64,000 bases of DNA. It comes from Acholeplasmataceae bacterium. Lineage in GTDB: Bacteria; Bacillota_I; Bacilli_A; ML615J-28; CAG-313. The DNA is taken from positions 3,845 to 67,844 of the forward strand of contig DUOG01000051.1 in the NCBI GenBank assembly GCA_012838945.1, written 5' to 3'. The notes under the pieces are model-generated. The model did not search any database and was not told the DNA's origin. It was given only the letters and a program-made list of their open reading frames with translations. How positions within the stretch are numbered: position 1 is the first letter of the stretch; every line of letters starts with the position of its first letter. Shown here piece after piece: positions 62,377 through 64,000 of this stretch. The position numbers and the translations under genes are program-made.

Positions 62377-62453
62377 GGCGAATGTGGCGAAGTGGTTAAC
62401 GCATCGGATTGTGGCTCCGACATTCGTGGGTTCGATTCCCATCATTCGCCCCA
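62377..62453 (+). tRNA. tRNA-His (anticodon GUG), with an encoded G-1
   Basis: G-1 pairs with discriminator C; anticodon loop UUGUGGC; T-arm GUGGGUUCGAUUCCCAU. Confidence 0.9.
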
Positions 62454-62466
62454 TATTAGATAATGA

Positions 62467-62501
62467 CACCCTTAGCGAGAGCTAGGGGTTTTATTTTTTT
62501 T
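62467..62501 (+). terminator. Intrinsic terminator after tRNA-His
   Basis: ACCCTTAGC-gaga-GCTAGGGGT followed by a T-run. Confidence 0.6.
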
Positions 62502-62691
62502 GTACAGACTATATTTCAAATGAAATGTTTATCTTTCATATTGATGATCTATTTGATAACAATAATTATGATTAAATATATTTAAATCGACAATTATTAC
62601 ATAGATGATTTGTTATTATTATACTTGACAGAATTATATTGATTGGCTAAAATAAAGTGTAACTTTATATTAGTCATGTTGGAGGTGTGTT

Positions 62692-63948
62692 ATGTATATT
62701 CAAAGATCGATTGAAGAAAGATTGGCTAAAGTTTCAAAAATGTTTTATGTTGTTTTGGTAACTGGTCCAAGGCAAGTTGGTAAATCTACTTTATTGAAAT
62801 ACAATTTCCCAAATATAAACTATATTACTTTTGATGATCCATTATTATTAAGTACAGCTAATCAAGAGCCAGGGTTGTTTTTCAGAAATTATGAAACTCC
62901 GATTATTATTGATGAAATTCAATATGCGAAAGATATTCTCCCTTACATTAAAATGATTGCTGATAAATCAAATGAATATGGAATATTTTATCTAACAGGA
63001 TCGCAACAATTTCATTTAATGAAAAATATAAGTGAAAGTTTGGCGGGCAGAGTGAGTATATTGGAATTACAAGGTCTATCTGCTCGGGAAATTTTTAATG
63101 TCAAATTTAACAAGCATTTCATACCAACCGATGAATATATAAATGAGAGAAAAAAAGATTTAAAAGAGTATACAAATATCTGGAATATTATACACAAAGG
63201 TTCATATCCAGCTATGTACAAGTCGGAAGTAGATTGGACAGAATTTTATTCATCATATGTCAAAACATACTTGCAAAGAGACATTAATGATCTAATTAAT
63301 GTAAAGGATCAAATTGTATTTATGAATTTTTTGACTGCACTTGCTGCAAGAACTGGTGAAATACTTAATTATGAAAATATAGCTAGTGAAGTGGGGGTTA
63401 GTGCTCCAACCATTAAGAATTGGATTTCCATTCTTGAAACTTCAGGAATTATTTATTTATTGCAACCATATACTCCAAGTGCACTTAAGAGAGCAATCAA
63501 AGCACCAAAAATATATTTTAGAGATACTGGTTTAGTATGTTATCTAACAAAATGGATGACACCAGAAACGCTAAAGGTTGGTGCAAAAAGTGGTAATATC
63601 TTTGAAACATTTGTTATCTCGGAAATAATTAAGTCATATACAAATGAAGGTGTTGATTATCGTGGTAGTATATTTTATTATCGAGGGAAAGATAAAACAA
63701 GAAGAGTACGTGATGGTGAGCATATTGAATTAGAATCAGAAATTGATTTGATAATTGAAGAAAATAATACTGTATATCCTATAGAAATAAAAATGACCGC
63801 AAATCCCAAAATTGAAATGGCAAAAAGCTTTAATGTGCTTGATAAAATTGGGTCTAAAATAAGAGGAACTGGTGCAATTATTTGTTTATATGATAAGGTT
63901 CTATACCTGAAAGAGGATTTAGTAGTTTTACCAATTGAATTTATTTAA
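62692..63948 (+). CDS. AAA+ ATPase with a DUF4143-type C-terminal domain
   Basis: VVLVTGPRQVGKSTLLK P-loop and IIDEIQ Walker B. Confidence 0.7.
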   Translation: MYIQRSIEERLAKVSKMFYVVLVTGPRQVGKSTLLKYNFPNINYITFDDPLLLSTANQEPGLFFRNYETPIIIDEIQYAKDILPYIKMIADKSNEYGIFYLTGSQQFHLMKNISESLAGRVSILELQGLSAREIFNVKFNKHFIPTDEYINERKKDLKEYTNIWNIIHKGSYPAMYKSEVDWTEFYSSYVKTYLQRDINDLINVKDQIVFMNFLTALAARTGEILNYENIASEVGVSAPTIKNWISILETSGIIYLLQPYTPSALKRAIKAPKIYFRDTGLVCYLTKWMTPETLKVGAKSGNIFETFVISEIIKSYTNEGVDYRGSIFYYRGKDKTRRVRDGEHIELESEIDLIIEENNTVYPIEIKMTANPKIEMAKSFNVLDKIGSKIRGTGAIICLYDKVLYLKEDLVVLPIEFI

Positions 63949-64000
63949 TCCTTATATTAAATAAACAAAAGTAAATAAGATCATCTAAATAATTTGTAAT

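Noticed and set aside
62122-62469. A 115-aa ORF on the - strand
   Set aside because: It sits on top of the tRNA-Trp and tRNA-His genes and the potD 3' end, so it is spurious.

Overview
This is a 64 kb chromosomal window from a low-GC Gram-positive bacterium, probably a Firmicute or Erysipelotrichia-like organism. It uses the standard genetic code: TGA is a stop and Trp is TGG. Genes are densely packed, mostly on the + strand, often with overlapping or coupled start and stop codons. I found no IS elements, no CRISPR array and no rRNA.

Content by region:
- 1-5 kb: an E. faecalis-type Na+-translocating oxaloacetate decarboxylase (carboxyltransferase alpha, small gamma-like subunit, separate biotin carrier, beta pump subunit), immediately followed by BioY and a group-I BirA.
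- 5-7 kb: tdk, tadA, an SRP RNA (ffs) that the ORF track misses, and dusB.
- 7-9 kb: two paralogous lipoproteins.
- 9-10 kb: hflX on the - strand.
- 10-17 kb: a Clp/Hsp100-like ATPase whose second AAA+ module has lost its P-loop, a 1430-aa SF1/Upf1-like helicase-related protein, and a start/stop-overlapping ankyrin-repeat protein.
- 17-21 kb: cdaA, a tandem-PAS membrane protein sitting where CdaR is normally found, ispD, ispF, and a YunB-like protein.
- 21-26 kb: nfu, a YuiD-like divergent PAP2 protein, an S1-domain protein, a thioredoxin-like lipoprotein, a CwlD-like amidase, and tsaE-tsaB-rimI-tsaD.
- 26-32 kb: a divergent GroEL paralog with no GroES, no CIRCE operator and no Gly-Gly-Met tail. 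It is preceded by a small uORF and followed by two polytopic membrane proteins, a 527-aa coiled-coil protein and a B3/4-domain protein.
- 32-47 kb: glnS, pcrA, an esterase, ligA, uvrA, a VanZ-like protein, hprK, lgt, a HAD hydrolase, trxB, whiA and a convergent XRE regulator.
- 47-63 kb: acpS, a Ca2+ P-type ATPase behind a terminator/antiterminator leader with a 20-codon uORF, a DUF378 protein, lipoprotein and ABC-2 genes, a MerR/TipA-GNAT-NUDIX cluster on the - strand, tRNA-Glu/tRNA-Ser on the - strand, a DUF1540 protein, potABCD (PotA carries a Lys/Glu-rich insertion), and tRNA-Trp/tRNA-His on the + strand.
- 63-64 kb: a DUF4143 AAA+ ATPase.

Sporulation-linked genes (YunB-like, CwlD-like, DUF1540, WhiA) suggest an endospore-forming lineage. 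All protein-family calls rest on motifs read by eye. None has been checked against a database.
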